Assembly: GCA_002787535.1 (NCBI GenBank)
Contig: PCXB01000063.1
Coordinates: 11,935-75,934 of the forward strand
Origin: Deltaproteobacteria bacterium CG11_big_fil_rev_8_21_14_0_20_45_16
GTDB lineage: Bacteria > Bdellovibrionota > UBA2394
DNA length: 64,000 nucleotides
Direction: 5' to 3'
In this document: positions 29,165 to 38,631 of the stretch, in pieces
How positions within the stretch are numbered: position 1 is the stretch's first letter
Layout: every line of letters begins with the position of its first letter
The notes under the pieces: generated by a model
Databases searched by the model: none
What the model saw: the letters and a program-made list of their open reading frames with translations, nothing else
Told to the model about the DNA's origin: nothing
Program-made: the position numbers and the translations under genes

Positions 29165-30838
29165 TCAAAAGTAAATTAGATCAAATAGCTTGGACCAAAT
29201 GCTTTTGCCGAATTTACTTCCATTGCCTTCTGGATTTTTTAACTGACTAAGAATCTGTTCAATTTTTCGCTCTAAGCGAATGATGCGCGCCTGATATTCG
29301 ACAATATGATTGGCTTGTTCGGAATTTTGGTCCTGAAGGAGGAGTACTTGTGCCTGGAGTGAAACGAGTTCCTCTCGGGAGGTTGACAAATCGTCAAGAC
29401 AGATTCTTAGATCTTCGTCATCAGAAGCAGGCGGAGGAGCTTGCTCTGGTACATAGGAGAGAAATAAATAGGCGCGGCCAGTATCCGTTCCTCCCGAATC
29501 GTGAAATGGCGCTGCACAAAGAATGTCGGATTGACCATCCCCGTTAGCGTCAAAGTTCGAAGATAAACCTCGGCAGGGGACACTAAATGCGTCAGAAGAC
29601 GGACTTTCGCCCGTGATGGTTTGAATGAATTGAGAGTCAGCGAGGGAAACTAAGTATAGACGACCCTGTCCGGCGTTGTAAGTTGGATCGCTGATGAGCA
29701 AGTCCGCAATTCCATTTCCGTTTTGATCCCCTGCGCTCGATAGAGAAGCTCCAAAGTTGCAATTAGCCCCTGTGCTTCCGCAGTTTTCATAGGATTTCCA
29801 TTCGCTAAGAATTGAGAGATCTCGACCTGAATACAAGCGGACGTAGCCACGATCACTTTGCTGGTCAGCACCTACGGCGAAGTCGTCGAATCCGTCTCGA
29901 TTGACGTCTCCCACAAAACTTAGGCCTCTTCCAAATTGGTCTCCAGCCACGTCCCCTCTTAGAAGAATTCGGTTTTGAAAATCATTTCCATCGTAGCCAT
30001 AAACAGCTCCTGAACCTGATCCGTTTACATCCTCAAGAGGTGCGGCCACGAGAACATCTGATTTTCCATCGCCCGTAAAGTCTCCATCGCAGCGAATGTT
30101 TTTAGCCCAGTCATCGGCACTCCCTTGCACACTACTGATTTTTCCAAGGAAGGCTGACGACCTGCCTGAGTAAATATATACTCCGGTATGCGCGCCGACT
30201 AAAATCTCACTGGATCCATCGGAATCTAAATCACATCCCGTCGCGATAGATCGACCGCACTCATCGGAGACTTTAGAATCACAATAAAATTGAGAGAGGA
30301 TCTTATAGTCAGTCCCACTATAGACGTTGACGTTTCCCGAATGGTAGCCGCGGGCATCACTATACGAAGATCCCACGATCACTTCGGCTAAGCCATCGCC
30401 ATTGAGGTCGGCTAATCGCACCGCGCTTCCAAAATTATTCGTCGAATCTGGATTTTGGTTAATAGGGCCTTCCAGTCTTTTGATAAGGTTGGCACGTTTT
30501 CCACCAAATAAAAAAACTGCTCCGTCGCAAAACTTAAATGGAACCGGAGGGTTTTCAAAACATCGCTTTCCTCCGGCGGGGGCACCAATTGCAAAATCTT
30601 CCAGGCCGTCTCGATCTAAATCAAAGCCGACGTCCATGGAATTGCCCATCAATTCAAATTCTTGAAGGCCAGTAAAAATCAAATCAGCGGTTGCCGCGGA
30701 ACGATCGGGGATGTCCTGTGCGATTAGGGGAAAGGTAAAGCCAAGGAAGATTACTAAACCTAAGTTTCGAATGTTGGCACATAAGGCGCGCCAGCGCTTA
30801 AATTTTAAATCGGATTCTACACACAACATGAAACCCAT
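29165..30838 (-). CDS. Secreted FG-GAP repeat (integrin-alpha-like beta-propeller) protein with C-terminal coiled coil
   Basis: Signal peptide, then seven D-x-[DN]-G-D-G calcium-loop repeats (DLDRDGLEDF, DLNGDGLAEV, DLDSDGSSEI, DFTGDGKSDV, DVNRDGFDDF, DQNGNGIADL, DANGDGQSDI). The tail is a heptad-rich LQAQVLLLQDQ...RLERKIEQILSQLK. Confidence 0.7.
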   Translation of the reverse strand: MGFMLCVESDLKFKRWRALCANIRNLGLVIFLGFTFPLIAQDIPDRSAATADLIFTGLQEFELMGNSMDVGFDLDRDGLEDFAIGAPAGGKRCFENPPVPFKFCDGAVFLFGGKRANLIKRLEGPINQNPDSTNNFGSAVRLADLNGDGLAEVIVGSSYSDARGYHSGNVNVYSGTDYKILSQFYCDSKVSDECGRSIATGCDLDSDGSSEILVGAHTGVYIYSGRSSAFLGKISSVQGSADDWAKNIRCDGDFTGDGKSDVLVAAPLEDVNGSGSGAVYGYDGNDFQNRILLRGDVAGDQFGRGLSFVGDVNRDGFDDFAVGADQQSDRGYVRLYSGRDLSILSEWKSYENCGSTGANCNFGASLSSAGDQNGNGIADLLISDPTYNAGQGRLYLVSLADSQFIQTITGESPSSDAFSVPCRGLSSNFDANGDGQSDILCAAPFHDSGGTDTGRAYLFLSYVPEQAPPPASDDEDLRICLDDLSTSREELVSLQAQVLLLQDQNSEQANHIVEYQARIIRLERKIEQILSQLKNPEGNGSKFGKSIWSKLFDLIYF

Positions 30839-31060
30839 CCTTGGAACGCAGCCAAATTGGAAGCAAGCCAGGGCCCAAGGAAGACAAATAAAATTTGTCC
30901 TTGATATTAAGAACTTAGCCTTTCCCCCAGGCGACCTGAACATCAATAATTGTAAGCTTAGGCCGTGCTTGGTCCTGTGCATCTTCTGCTAGTCTAGGAA
31001 AAGATTTCTATGCCGCAAGCCTCTATATAGGCATTGGGGGCCTTTTGAGGCCGATTTTTA

Positions 31061-31076
31061 TGGCTTGGAATTTGCA
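31061..31076 (+). promoter_or_regulatory. Sigma-54-type -24/-12 promoter candidate (TGGCTTGGAATTTGCA) 18 nt upstream of the giant lipoprotein ATG
   Basis: GG and GC are spaced as in the consensus, and the -12 element is TTGCA. Confidence 0.4.
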
Positions 31077-31086
31077 AATTCCAAGC
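31063..31086. promoter_or_regulatory. Perfect 24-bp palindrome GCTTGGAATTTGCAAATTCCAAGC overlapping the promoter candidate
   Basis: It is an exact reverse-complement repeat ending 7 nt before the ATG at 31094. Confidence 0.6.
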
Positions 31087-31093
31087 TCGGTAA

Positions 31094-33955
31094 ATGAAGC
31101 TATTTTCCATTCATACGAATTTGCGTGTTGTTTTGGTTTGTTTGTCGATCGGCTTTGGACTGTCAGCCTGTGGTTCGGGCACCCAGTATTCTGACGCCGA
31201 TGCCCAGTTCTTTGCTTCAGAAAATCCGTTTGCACCCATTATTAATCTTCAGGGCGGAAACCCTTATTTTCATGAAGTCAAAACCGCCTTTATTGATCCT
31301 GGCTATTCAGCTCGAAGTTTGAGTGATGGGGATCTGAGTAGTAAAGTTCTTGTTCAATCCAGCGTGAACTCTAACGAGTTGGGTGAGTTTGATGTTAGTT
31401 ATTTCGTTTTAAGCAAGGAAGGCTTGTTGGCTCAAGCTAGGCGAAAAGTCGTTGTTCGCGATTCAACGCCACCGAGTCTTAGTCTGAATGGTGCTTCTGA
31501 GCAAACTCTTGAGAGAACGAATGACTATATTGAGCTCGGATACTTGGCCAACGATAACTATGACAGCTCGCTCAATGTAAGCGTAACCGGAAGTGTTGAT
31601 AGTTCAAAGATTGGCACTTATAGGTTGGAATATCAGGTTAGCGATAGTTCAGGAAACTCGTCTGATCCCAAGACCCGGCTCGTCTATGTAGTCGACACGG
31701 TACCTCCCGTGATTTCAATCACACAACCTGCCCCAGAATTTATCGTGAATTCTTTTAATCAATCCGCCATTGCGACTAGTGGAACCTGTTCAGAGCAGGA
31801 TCAGGATGTTACGGTGACGAATACTTTGGATTCGAAACAAGTCGATTGTGTTGATGGCGAGTGGTCAACAAGTTTAAATTTTACGGGCCTTGCAGATGGA
31901 CCCGTTAGTATTATTGCTCAACAGTTAGACGAAGCCAATAATCTGTCGGAAGTTTCTGTGAACGGAACCAAAGATATCAACACTCCTACCGTGAGCATTA
32001 TGAACCCTGCGAGTGATGGATACTTTGTCAATGCTGGTAACCAGTATAATTTTGAAACTTCTGGATCATGTTCAGAAAATGGATCCAATAATGTTGTTGT
32101 AAGCAATGGGGTTGATCAAAAAATCATTAATTGTAGTGCCAATCATTGGTCGACAACTTTGAATTTTGGCTCCTTCCTTGAAGGTCCGGTAACTATTCAG
32201 GCTGATCACAGTGATGCTTCTGGCAATCCGGCAATTCTAGCGATTCGTCATGGCTATAAAGATACGGTGGCAGCGACCGTGACAATTGCGAGTCCTCTAT
32301 CTGGATTTTATGTGAATCAAGCAAATCAGTTCAGCTATCCGACCTATGGAAGTTGTTCGGAAACTGATCAGCCGATTAATGTGACAAATGGCGTAGATAA
32401 TCAAATGGTCAATTGCGATGCGGGATTCTGGTCGGCTAGCCTAGATTTCTCGGGCGTTATTGAGGGTTCGGTTTCTATTCAAGTCAGCCACCTGGATTTG
32501 GCCGGAAATTCGCCCGGCACAGATCAGGTAAATGGAACTTTAGATCGAACACCCCCGAGCGTGAGCATTTCTACGCCGGCTAATTTAGTCGTCAATATTG
32601 CTTCCGGTGAACAAATCCAAACTTCTGGAATGTGTTCAGAAAACAGTCGTCAAGTAAGTGTTAGCAATGGATCTGATTCCAAAACGCCTGTCTGTACGGC
32701 GAATCAATGGACGGCGACTTTAGACTTCTCGGGATTGAATGAAGGACCAATCTATATTCACGCCGACTTGGTGGACGAAGCAGGTAATCCGGCGGTTCAA
32801 GCCAGCCTTCAAGGCCTTAAGGATGTTCACGCGCCTGTCATTACAATAAACGGAGACAATCCTATTCAATTGAATTTATGCGCGACCTATGAAGATCTCG
32901 GCGCAAGCGCTTATGATAATCTTGATGGGAGCGTTTCGGTTCAGACTGACAATCCAGTAGATGAGCTTGTAGCGGCCAATTATCGAGTAACCTATTCTGC
33001 GGAAGATGCAGCGGGTAATCCGGCGGAGGAAGTCAGGGATGTCGGTGTGCTAGGCCTTGATCTGGATGGTGACACCTATCTACGTGGACTAAGAACTCGA
33101 GCGAATGTTGAGGCTATCGCGAGCGCGCCGGCGGCTCACTACGCTCTATGCTCAGACATAGATTTTAATGCAAATGAAGATTTCGTTCCCATCGGACCAA
33201 GCTTCCAAGGAAAATTTCATGGACAGGGATTTAAGTTTACAAATATTACCATCCACCAATCTTCGGATAACGAAGTTGGTGTTTTTAGTGACAGCTCAAG
33301 TGGCGCCGTCATTCGAAATCTTATTTTGGATACTGTTATCGTCGAGGGCCGCAATAGCGTAGGTAGTCTTGTTGGCATAAATCGTGGAGAGATCCATCAA
33401 GTTAGGGTTCAAAATGCCGTCATTAGTGGAAACGATATGGCGACCGCTATTGGGGGATTGGTTGGGTTGAGCGAAACGGACGCAGAGATTCATGAGGCTT
33501 CCGTGGTTTCTTCCTCCATATCAGGAGAGCGAGAAATCGGAGGACTCGTTGGACGGAATCGGGGCGAAATCCATGACTCTTTTTCTGGTGCGAGCGTTAC
33601 CAGTACAGCTTCTTCCAATTCTAAGGTGGGAGGCTTAGTTGGCAAAATGGATCGCGTCGGACGGGATGATCCGATTGTATTTCATTCGTATTCTCAAGGT
33701 GCTGTTGAGGGCTTGGATGTTGTTGGCGGGCTTATCGGTGAGAATTCTTACGATGATACGGTTATTGCATCTACTTGGGACGAAGAGACAAGTGGTATTG
33801 AAGGTCCGAGTCCTGACGAAGATCGCTTTGGAATCGCGTTAACGACAGTCGAAATGCAGACGGAAAGTACATTTGATTCCTTGGGTTGGAATTTGATTTC
33901 AATTTGGTTTATTTCTATCGACTCGTATCCGGAACATTTTTGGTATCAACCATAG
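31094..33955 (+). CDS. Large surface lipoprotein: five ~90-aa Cys-pair Ig-like repeats, a DUF5011-like domain and GLUG-motif repeats
   Basis: Lipobox LSAC. Five repeats of P-x-I-x-P...NQ...TSG-C-SE...V-NG-D...C...WS..L-F-G..EGPV-I...D.AGN. An NGDNP...DLGASAYDNLDGS domain follows. The C-terminus carries multiple IGGLVG / VGGLVG / VGGLIG GLUG motifs. Confidence 0.7.
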   Translation: MKLFSIHTNLRVVLVCLSIGFGLSACGSGTQYSDADAQFFASENPFAPIINLQGGNPYFHEVKTAFIDPGYSARSLSDGDLSSKVLVQSSVNSNELGEFDVSYFVLSKEGLLAQARRKVVVRDSTPPSLSLNGASEQTLERTNDYIELGYLANDNYDSSLNVSVTGSVDSSKIGTYRLEYQVSDSSGNSSDPKTRLVYVVDTVPPVISITQPAPEFIVNSFNQSAIATSGTCSEQDQDVTVTNTLDSKQVDCVDGEWSTSLNFTGLADGPVSIIAQQLDEANNLSEVSVNGTKDINTPTVSIMNPASDGYFVNAGNQYNFETSGSCSENGSNNVVVSNGVDQKIINCSANHWSTTLNFGSFLEGPVTIQADHSDASGNPAILAIRHGYKDTVAATVTIASPLSGFYVNQANQFSYPTYGSCSETDQPINVTNGVDNQMVNCDAGFWSASLDFSGVIEGSVSIQVSHLDLAGNSPGTDQVNGTLDRTPPSVSISTPANLVVNIASGEQIQTSGMCSENSRQVSVSNGSDSKTPVCTANQWTATLDFSGLNEGPIYIHADLVDEAGNPAVQASLQGLKDVHAPVITINGDNPIQLNLCATYEDLGASAYDNLDGSVSVQTDNPVDELVAANYRVTYSAEDAAGNPAEEVRDVGVLGLDLDGDTYLRGLRTRANVEAIASAPAAHYALCSDIDFNANEDFVPIGPSFQGKFHGQGFKFTNITIHQSSDNEVGVFSDSSSGAVIRNLILDTVIVEGRNSVGSLVGINRGEIHQVRVQNAVISGNDMATAIGGLVGLSETDAEIHEASVVSSSISGEREIGGLVGRNRGEIHDSFSGASVTSTASSNSKVGGLVGKMDRVGRDDPIVFHSYSQGAVEGLDVVGGLIGENSYDDTVIASTWDEETSGIEGPSPDEDRFGIALTTVEMQTESTFDSLGWNLISIWFISIDSYPEHFWYQP

Positions 33956-35045
33956 GTTGGAAGTCAATTTCGCAAAGTACGAGATTTTCAAAACTTGATC
34001 GACCGGTCGACATTTCATTCCGAAAAGATCTAAATGCAATTTTCATTATATTATTTTTTGTGGACAAAATTTGATTGTAAAAACCAGATGATCCGCCAAT
34101 TCCAATATGACTCGTCGTCCATTTACCCAGGCTATAAATCGCCAACTTCGGTTCAAGCTTCCAAGCATCAAGGTACAAATAAATGGGTCTCTCAAATGGG
34201 GCAACGATTTGCGCATCGATGTCCATCCCAAGATAGTTTTGATAGGCGATTCCATCAATAGTTTCGTGCGTCCAAAGTTCTGATTCCAAATTGAAAATAA
34301 GAAGTTCGAAATTTCCATTTTCCCTATTTAGATATGAAATAAAAGCTTCTTTGTCGGTCACGACGAGCTTTGCGTGGTCCGTTCGAAACTTGTGCTTTGG
34401 GCGGTAGGTGATCAGATTCGAATCCGTGCATAGGGAAGCCCTTTGAAGATAAATCCCGTCAGTAGATTCAAGCACGATCCACTGGCGGCCATGAGGATCA
34501 TGAGCCAGGCTCAACACGAAATCTTCGGAACTAGCCCCTCCGGAAACTAAATGATTTTGGTCGAAACATATCCAGTCGAACCCCCCACTCGTATTCTCGA
34601 TCTGAAGGGTGGTTGATTCGGATGTTTGATCGAATGCCATTAATCTCGAGACTCCAGAGTTCAAAAGCTCTTCCGGTTTTCCATTGGCCAGAAGCCAAAC
34701 GGATTCTTTATTACGGTAGGCAATGAATTCATCACTAAGTTTAATCTCCGCCGCCTCGGTCGCCGATTCATCAAGTAGAGTCAGACGAAGCGATACGGGA
34801 TCAATCTGAACTAAGCCGTGTTGAGGAGCCTCTTGATCACGAACCACACTCACCAGCTGTTTATCTGGAGTTTTCGAAAGGTAGGCGCCAATATCTAGGT
34901 CTTCATTAGCAAGCCGGCAATGAGTTTCAGATTGTTTCAGTCTAAGTTCAAGATTGTGAGAGTTTGACATGGCGAGCTGGCGAACCTGATTCTCACCACA
35001 ACCTAATAGGTAAAAGACTGAGCTGATCGCGAATAGTATCTTCAT
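33915..35045 (-). CDS. Lipoprotein of unknown function
   Basis: MKILFAISSVFYLLGCGEN lipobox. It is the last gene of a three-gene minus-strand operon. Confidence 0.5.
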   Translation of the reverse strand: MKILFAISSVFYLLGCGENQVRQLAMSNSHNLELRLKQSETHCRLANEDLDIGAYLSKTPDKQLVSVVRDQEAPQHGLVQIDPVSLRLTLLDESATEAAEIKLSDEFIAYRNKESVWLLANGKPEELLNSGVSRLMAFDQTSESTTLQIENTSGGFDWICFDQNHLVSGGASSEDFVLSLAHDPHGRQWIVLESTDGIYLQRASLCTDSNLITYRPKHKFRTDHAKLVVTDKEAFISYLNRENGNFELLIFNLESELWTHETIDGIAYQNYLGMDIDAQIVAPFERPIYLYLDAWKLEPKLAIYSLGKWTTSHIGIGGSSGFYNQILSTKNNIMKIAFRSFRNEMSTGRSSFENLVLCEIDFQPMVDTKNVPDTSR

Positions 35046-36610
35046 TGAATCTCAGCCTCCTGGGCTAAGTTAATATCAATTAAAGTCATTCCCTTTTTGA
35101 CTTGAACCTCTTTTATGGCCAATTCAACGGAAGGCTTTTGGGTCGAATCATGAAGTTTAGTTTGAACAAGAGTAGGAAACAAAATGAGTTCGGGGAAGGA
35201 TGAAAAGAATCCTTCCCAAATTTCATTCGTTATTCTTTCAATGAGCCTCAAGTCATTTTTATTCATTATCTTTCTAAATTTTGTTTCTTCATCGAGAGAT
35301 ATTCGAAAGCTGTCCGCTTGAATTTGGAGATTTACGCTTTGATTAGCAAAGTCTATTTTGGGAGTGGCAGTCATTTGGACGTTAGCCACAATCTCGGTTG
35401 TGGGAATCAAGCGATCTTCAATATAAGCACCCAATCGAAGAAGATAGTCAGAAACCTGAAGAGACAGGAAATCGGGTTGAAAGATTAGTTTTGGGGCCGT
35501 CTCCGATCCCAAATCGATACGCACATCAAGATTGATTTCATCTTTGGTAAGTAGGCCCTTTACCTGCTTACCCATGTCAATGTCTGCCTGAAAATCTGTA
35601 AGATTCTCTTGATAGATTCTCATAAGGGCTTCGTTGAATAAACCTTCTGTAATAAACAAACTAAAATCCGCCTCGGAGCTAGGAAGTAAGGGCCGTGTCC
35701 ATTTGGCATCTGCCACAACTGCGGGCGCTTGCTTCAAGCGGTTTTCCAGAGCCTTGACGATATCTTCATTGGCACTAATTTTAGAACTGCCAAGAATTTC
35801 TTTAGCCTGAGTTTTTGAAAAGAAAACCGCATTGACGTATAATTCGATTTGTTGGTCACTTACAAAAATCGAATCTTTGCCTCTCGGGAAAAATGCAAAA
35901 ATGAGTGCTCTATTTTTTGGTCCTGGCGCTTTATTTCTCAGACGAATGAAGCCTCGGTTAATTTCCACGCCTCGTTTCCACATTTCAGAACGAGAAAATA
36001 ATTCGGTCACGGATTCAGCATAGACAAGTCCTCGAAACCTAGTTTCGAGCATTTCACTAAAAAATGCATTGAGCTTAGAAGCAAGTTGTCCTGAGAGGAG
36101 CTGTAAAAGATTCAGATCTTCGATAGCTCGCTGAATATTCGGAAGTTCCGGAAGTTCAATTTTCAAATTCTTCTCAACTGCCGCAACACTAAACTCATCA
36201 ATCGTAAGCCGCAAGTTGGTGGGATCTAAGCGTAGTCGGATAGGAACAGTATCTCCCAGTGTCGCCGAGGCAGCGTAGCGTTCCGCTCGAGAATTTGAGC
36301 AATCAAAACTAAAGCTTCCCGTGAAAAGCATTGAGGATACAGAGGTCAAAACGATTAGATTTTTTTCATCTGCGGCTTTCCATACTGCCTTCTGCAGAGT
36401 GAGAGTCAAATCCCCCTTCATGCTTCGGTTATCCATGCAGGCATCAATCGGCATGCTTGAACTTTTATTGAAGCTACCGATAATCTTTTCCAGTAAGGAG
36501 GGACGCAGAATGACACCCAAAGGAAAAGCCTCAGGTAGATCCGTCTGTGCTTTCAGCGCTCCTATCGACGAACCGAATAGACTTGCTATCAAGAAGACTC
36601 TAAAAAGCAT
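35042..36610 (-). CDS. Secreted protein of unknown function
   Basis: Signal peptide MLFRVFLIASLFGSSIGALKAQ. Its start and stop overlap the flanking genes by 4 and 11 nt. Confidence 0.5.
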   Translation of the reverse strand: MLFRVFLIASLFGSSIGALKAQTDLPEAFPLGVILRPSLLEKIIGSFNKSSSMPIDACMDNRSMKGDLTLTLQKAVWKAADEKNLIVLTSVSSMLFTGSFSFDCSNSRAERYAASATLGDTVPIRLRLDPTNLRLTIDEFSVAAVEKNLKIELPELPNIQRAIEDLNLLQLLSGQLASKLNAFFSEMLETRFRGLVYAESVTELFSRSEMWKRGVEINRGFIRLRNKAPGPKNRALIFAFFPRGKDSIFVSDQQIELYVNAVFFSKTQAKEILGSSKISANEDIVKALENRLKQAPAVVADAKWTRPLLPSSEADFSLFITEGLFNEALMRIYQENLTDFQADIDMGKQVKGLLTKDEINLDVRIDLGSETAPKLIFQPDFLSLQVSDYLLRLGAYIEDRLIPTTEIVANVQMTATPKIDFANQSVNLQIQADSFRISLDEETKFRKIMNKNDLRLIERITNEIWEGFFSSFPELILFPTLVQTKLHDSTQKPSVELAIKEVQVKKGMTLIDINLAQEAEIQ

Positions 36611-37937
36611 AATGCAAGCTCACAGCCAGTTTATCCATGCTAGCCCGGTACCTCCCATTGGCATCGGGGTTCACAATTATATCCATACTTTCGGTTGGGG
36701 GAGTCGTAAAATTCGTAATAGTTCGTTCAAACATAAAACTATGTCCGTATTCAATGCCCAAGTTTAGTTTGGTATTCCAACGATAACGTCCAAATATGCC
36801 AACAGATAAAGTGTCAAAGTCAACTCGCGATGTCGATAGCAATTCATCGTTCACTCCATTCCAATGAAATGATCCAGTGACACCCGTTTGAAGATTTTTC
36901 CACAGGCTAAAACTTTGATTCGATCCGACTAACCAACTATCGCTCGCTTTGGCTCCTAGGCGTTGGCTCTGATTGAGACGTTCAATATTTGAGCTTTGAA
37001 ATTTTAGCGTTGTGAACCGAGTCATGGATCCAAGAACATAACGGCCATAATATTCTCCCGTCCAATAGCCAAAAGGTTGATAGCGGAGTCCGGCGCCGAT
37101 GACCGCCGGGGTTTCGATTTCGACCTGCGAACGAACGGCATTACTTTCTTGATAACCAGCGCTGTCGGCGGCGACGTTAATGCCCCTAAAAAAACTTGCT
37201 CGACCCACCATCATCTCAGTCTGAAAAACATAGCGCATGGGGAGCAAAATTGAGAGGCCGAGCGACCATTGAATATTGGGTCGATAGAGAAGACCGAACG
37301 ATCCTCCAAAGCTATGCGCTGTTGAGGTGGGAATTTTAACTCGAGATGAAAGGGATGGCTCTTCACGAAACTCGTCCGGCAGGTCCAGAATTTTGGCAAA
37401 CATCGGGCTCATATCGATATCAAGCTCAGATCTGAAAAAGGCCAGTGAGTAAATAAACGCCGCAGCAAGCGTGAGTTTGGGAGTTGGGTTGTAGGCAAGC
37501 GAGAACTGATGTTGCCAGGGCAGAAACATCGCCGAAATTAGATCATAACGTTGGCTTCCGTCGGATTGATAGTCGGCAATGGCGCCGGTCGGAAAGTAAG
37601 TTGCATACCCGATTCGCCAATCCTCGGTACCAAAGCCTGAAGCAATCGAGAGAAAGGGATTGGGAGCAATAATTTCCGTAGAACTACTGTCATAAAGTCT
37701 CCCATCACCGGAGTCGCGATCGTAAATCAACCAGGCACCGAGGAGCGCCAAATTCGCTTCAAGTTCAGTGTCTTCAGCCCCGCCGATTGAGGCAGGATTC
37801 CAAAAAACCGAATTGGGGCTCAAACGAGTCGGGCTTGCTGTGAGTCCGCCCACGCTCGGGGAAACACCTTGAGCTAAAGCGGCCAGGGGCCCGAGAAATC
37901 CCAAGCTCAGGGCACAAAAATTTTTAAAAAGACGCAC
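36600..37937 (-). CDS. FadL/TodX-family outer-membrane hydrophobic-compound transporter (putative)
   Basis: Signal peptide, an N-terminal VFWNPASIGG (NPA hatch motif), about 445 aa, and a C-terminal ...LHYAF. Confidence 0.55.
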   Translation of the reverse strand: MRLFKNFCALSLGFLGPLAALAQGVSPSVGGLTASPTRLSPNSVFWNPASIGGAEDTELEANLALLGAWLIYDRDSGDGRLYDSSSTEIIAPNPFLSIASGFGTEDWRIGYATYFPTGAIADYQSDGSQRYDLISAMFLPWQHQFSLAYNPTPKLTLAAAFIYSLAFFRSELDIDMSPMFAKILDLPDEFREEPSLSSRVKIPTSTAHSFGGSFGLLYRPNIQWSLGLSILLPMRYVFQTEMMVGRASFFRGINVAADSAGYQESNAVRSQVEIETPAVIGAGLRYQPFGYWTGEYYGRYVLGSMTRFTTLKFQSSNIERLNQSQRLGAKASDSWLVGSNQSFSLWKNLQTGVTGSFHWNGVNDELLSTSRVDFDTLSVGIFGRYRWNTKLNLGIEYGHSFMFERTITNFTTPPTESMDIIVNPDANGRYRASMDKLAVSLHYAF

Positions 37938-38044
37938 GCCGGCAGACCTTAGCCGATGTATCGCTACAGCTCAAGATAGCACAACAGGTTCTAAGCCCCT
38001 GGAAGTTATTGGTTTTTCAAGCCTTCAGGGGATAGAATTCCAGT

Positions 38045-38620
38045 ATGAAGTCCTTGGGCATGGGAGAAAGAATTAGGAAGTTAAGAGAGGCTAGGGGCCT
38101 TTCGGTGGAGGCTCTAGCCAAGGTAATTGGCGTGTCCGAAAGCGAGTTAATTAGAATCGAAGCGAACAAGGATTTTCCCAAAATCGCTGTACTGATTGGA
38201 CTCGCCAAGTTTATGAAAATCAATGTGGCCGACATCTTTCGAGATGCGGCGGTCGGAAAATCCTATGAAATTGTACGAAAGACAGAGCGCCTCCGTCTTA
38301 GTCCGCTCTTAAGTCCCCTAGAGGCCAAACGCTTAGATTATTCTTACGAGCCTCTAACTTTATCTGGCTCCAATAAACATTTGGATGCCTATCTAATTGA
38401 GATCCCGCCGTTTCAGGGCCCTAAGCCCGATGAAAACCTTACTCATGCTGGTGAGGAGTTCATCTATATCTTGGAAGGAAAAGTTATTGGTGAACTAGAA
38501 GGCGAAAGGCATGAGCTTAGCGAGGGTGACTCTCTGTTTTTGAAATCCATGATTTCTCATTCGTTTTATAATCCCTTTGAGCAAAAGGCTCGTGCGATTT
38601 CGGTTATCTACCCCTATTAA
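38045..38620 (+). CDS. XRE-family HTH transcriptional regulator with C-terminal cupin domain
   Basis: IRKLREARGLSVEALAKVIGVSESELIRIE HTH_3 motif; cupin motifs GEEFIYILEGK and GDSLF. Confidence 0.75.
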   Translation: MKSLGMGERIRKLREARGLSVEALAKVIGVSESELIRIEANKDFPKIAVLIGLAKFMKINVADIFRDAAVGKSYEIVRKTERLRLSPLLSPLEAKRLDYSYEPLTLSGSNKHLDAYLIEIPPFQGPKPDENLTHAGEEFIYILEGKVIGELEGERHELSEGDSLFLKSMISHSFYNPFEQKARAISVIYPY

Positions 38621-38631
38621 TGTTCGAGGCA

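Noticed and set aside
31700-32830. Five ~270-bp repeats inside the giant lipoprotein gene, considered as a repeat array
   Set aside because: The repeats are protein-domain repeats, diverged at the DNA level and in frame. They are not CRISPR or satellite repeats.
38000-38044. GAATTCCA segment upstream of the XRE-cupin regulator, resembling one half of the 24-bp palindrome at 31063
   Set aside because: Only 7-8 nt match and there is no second half-site, so it is likely coincidence.
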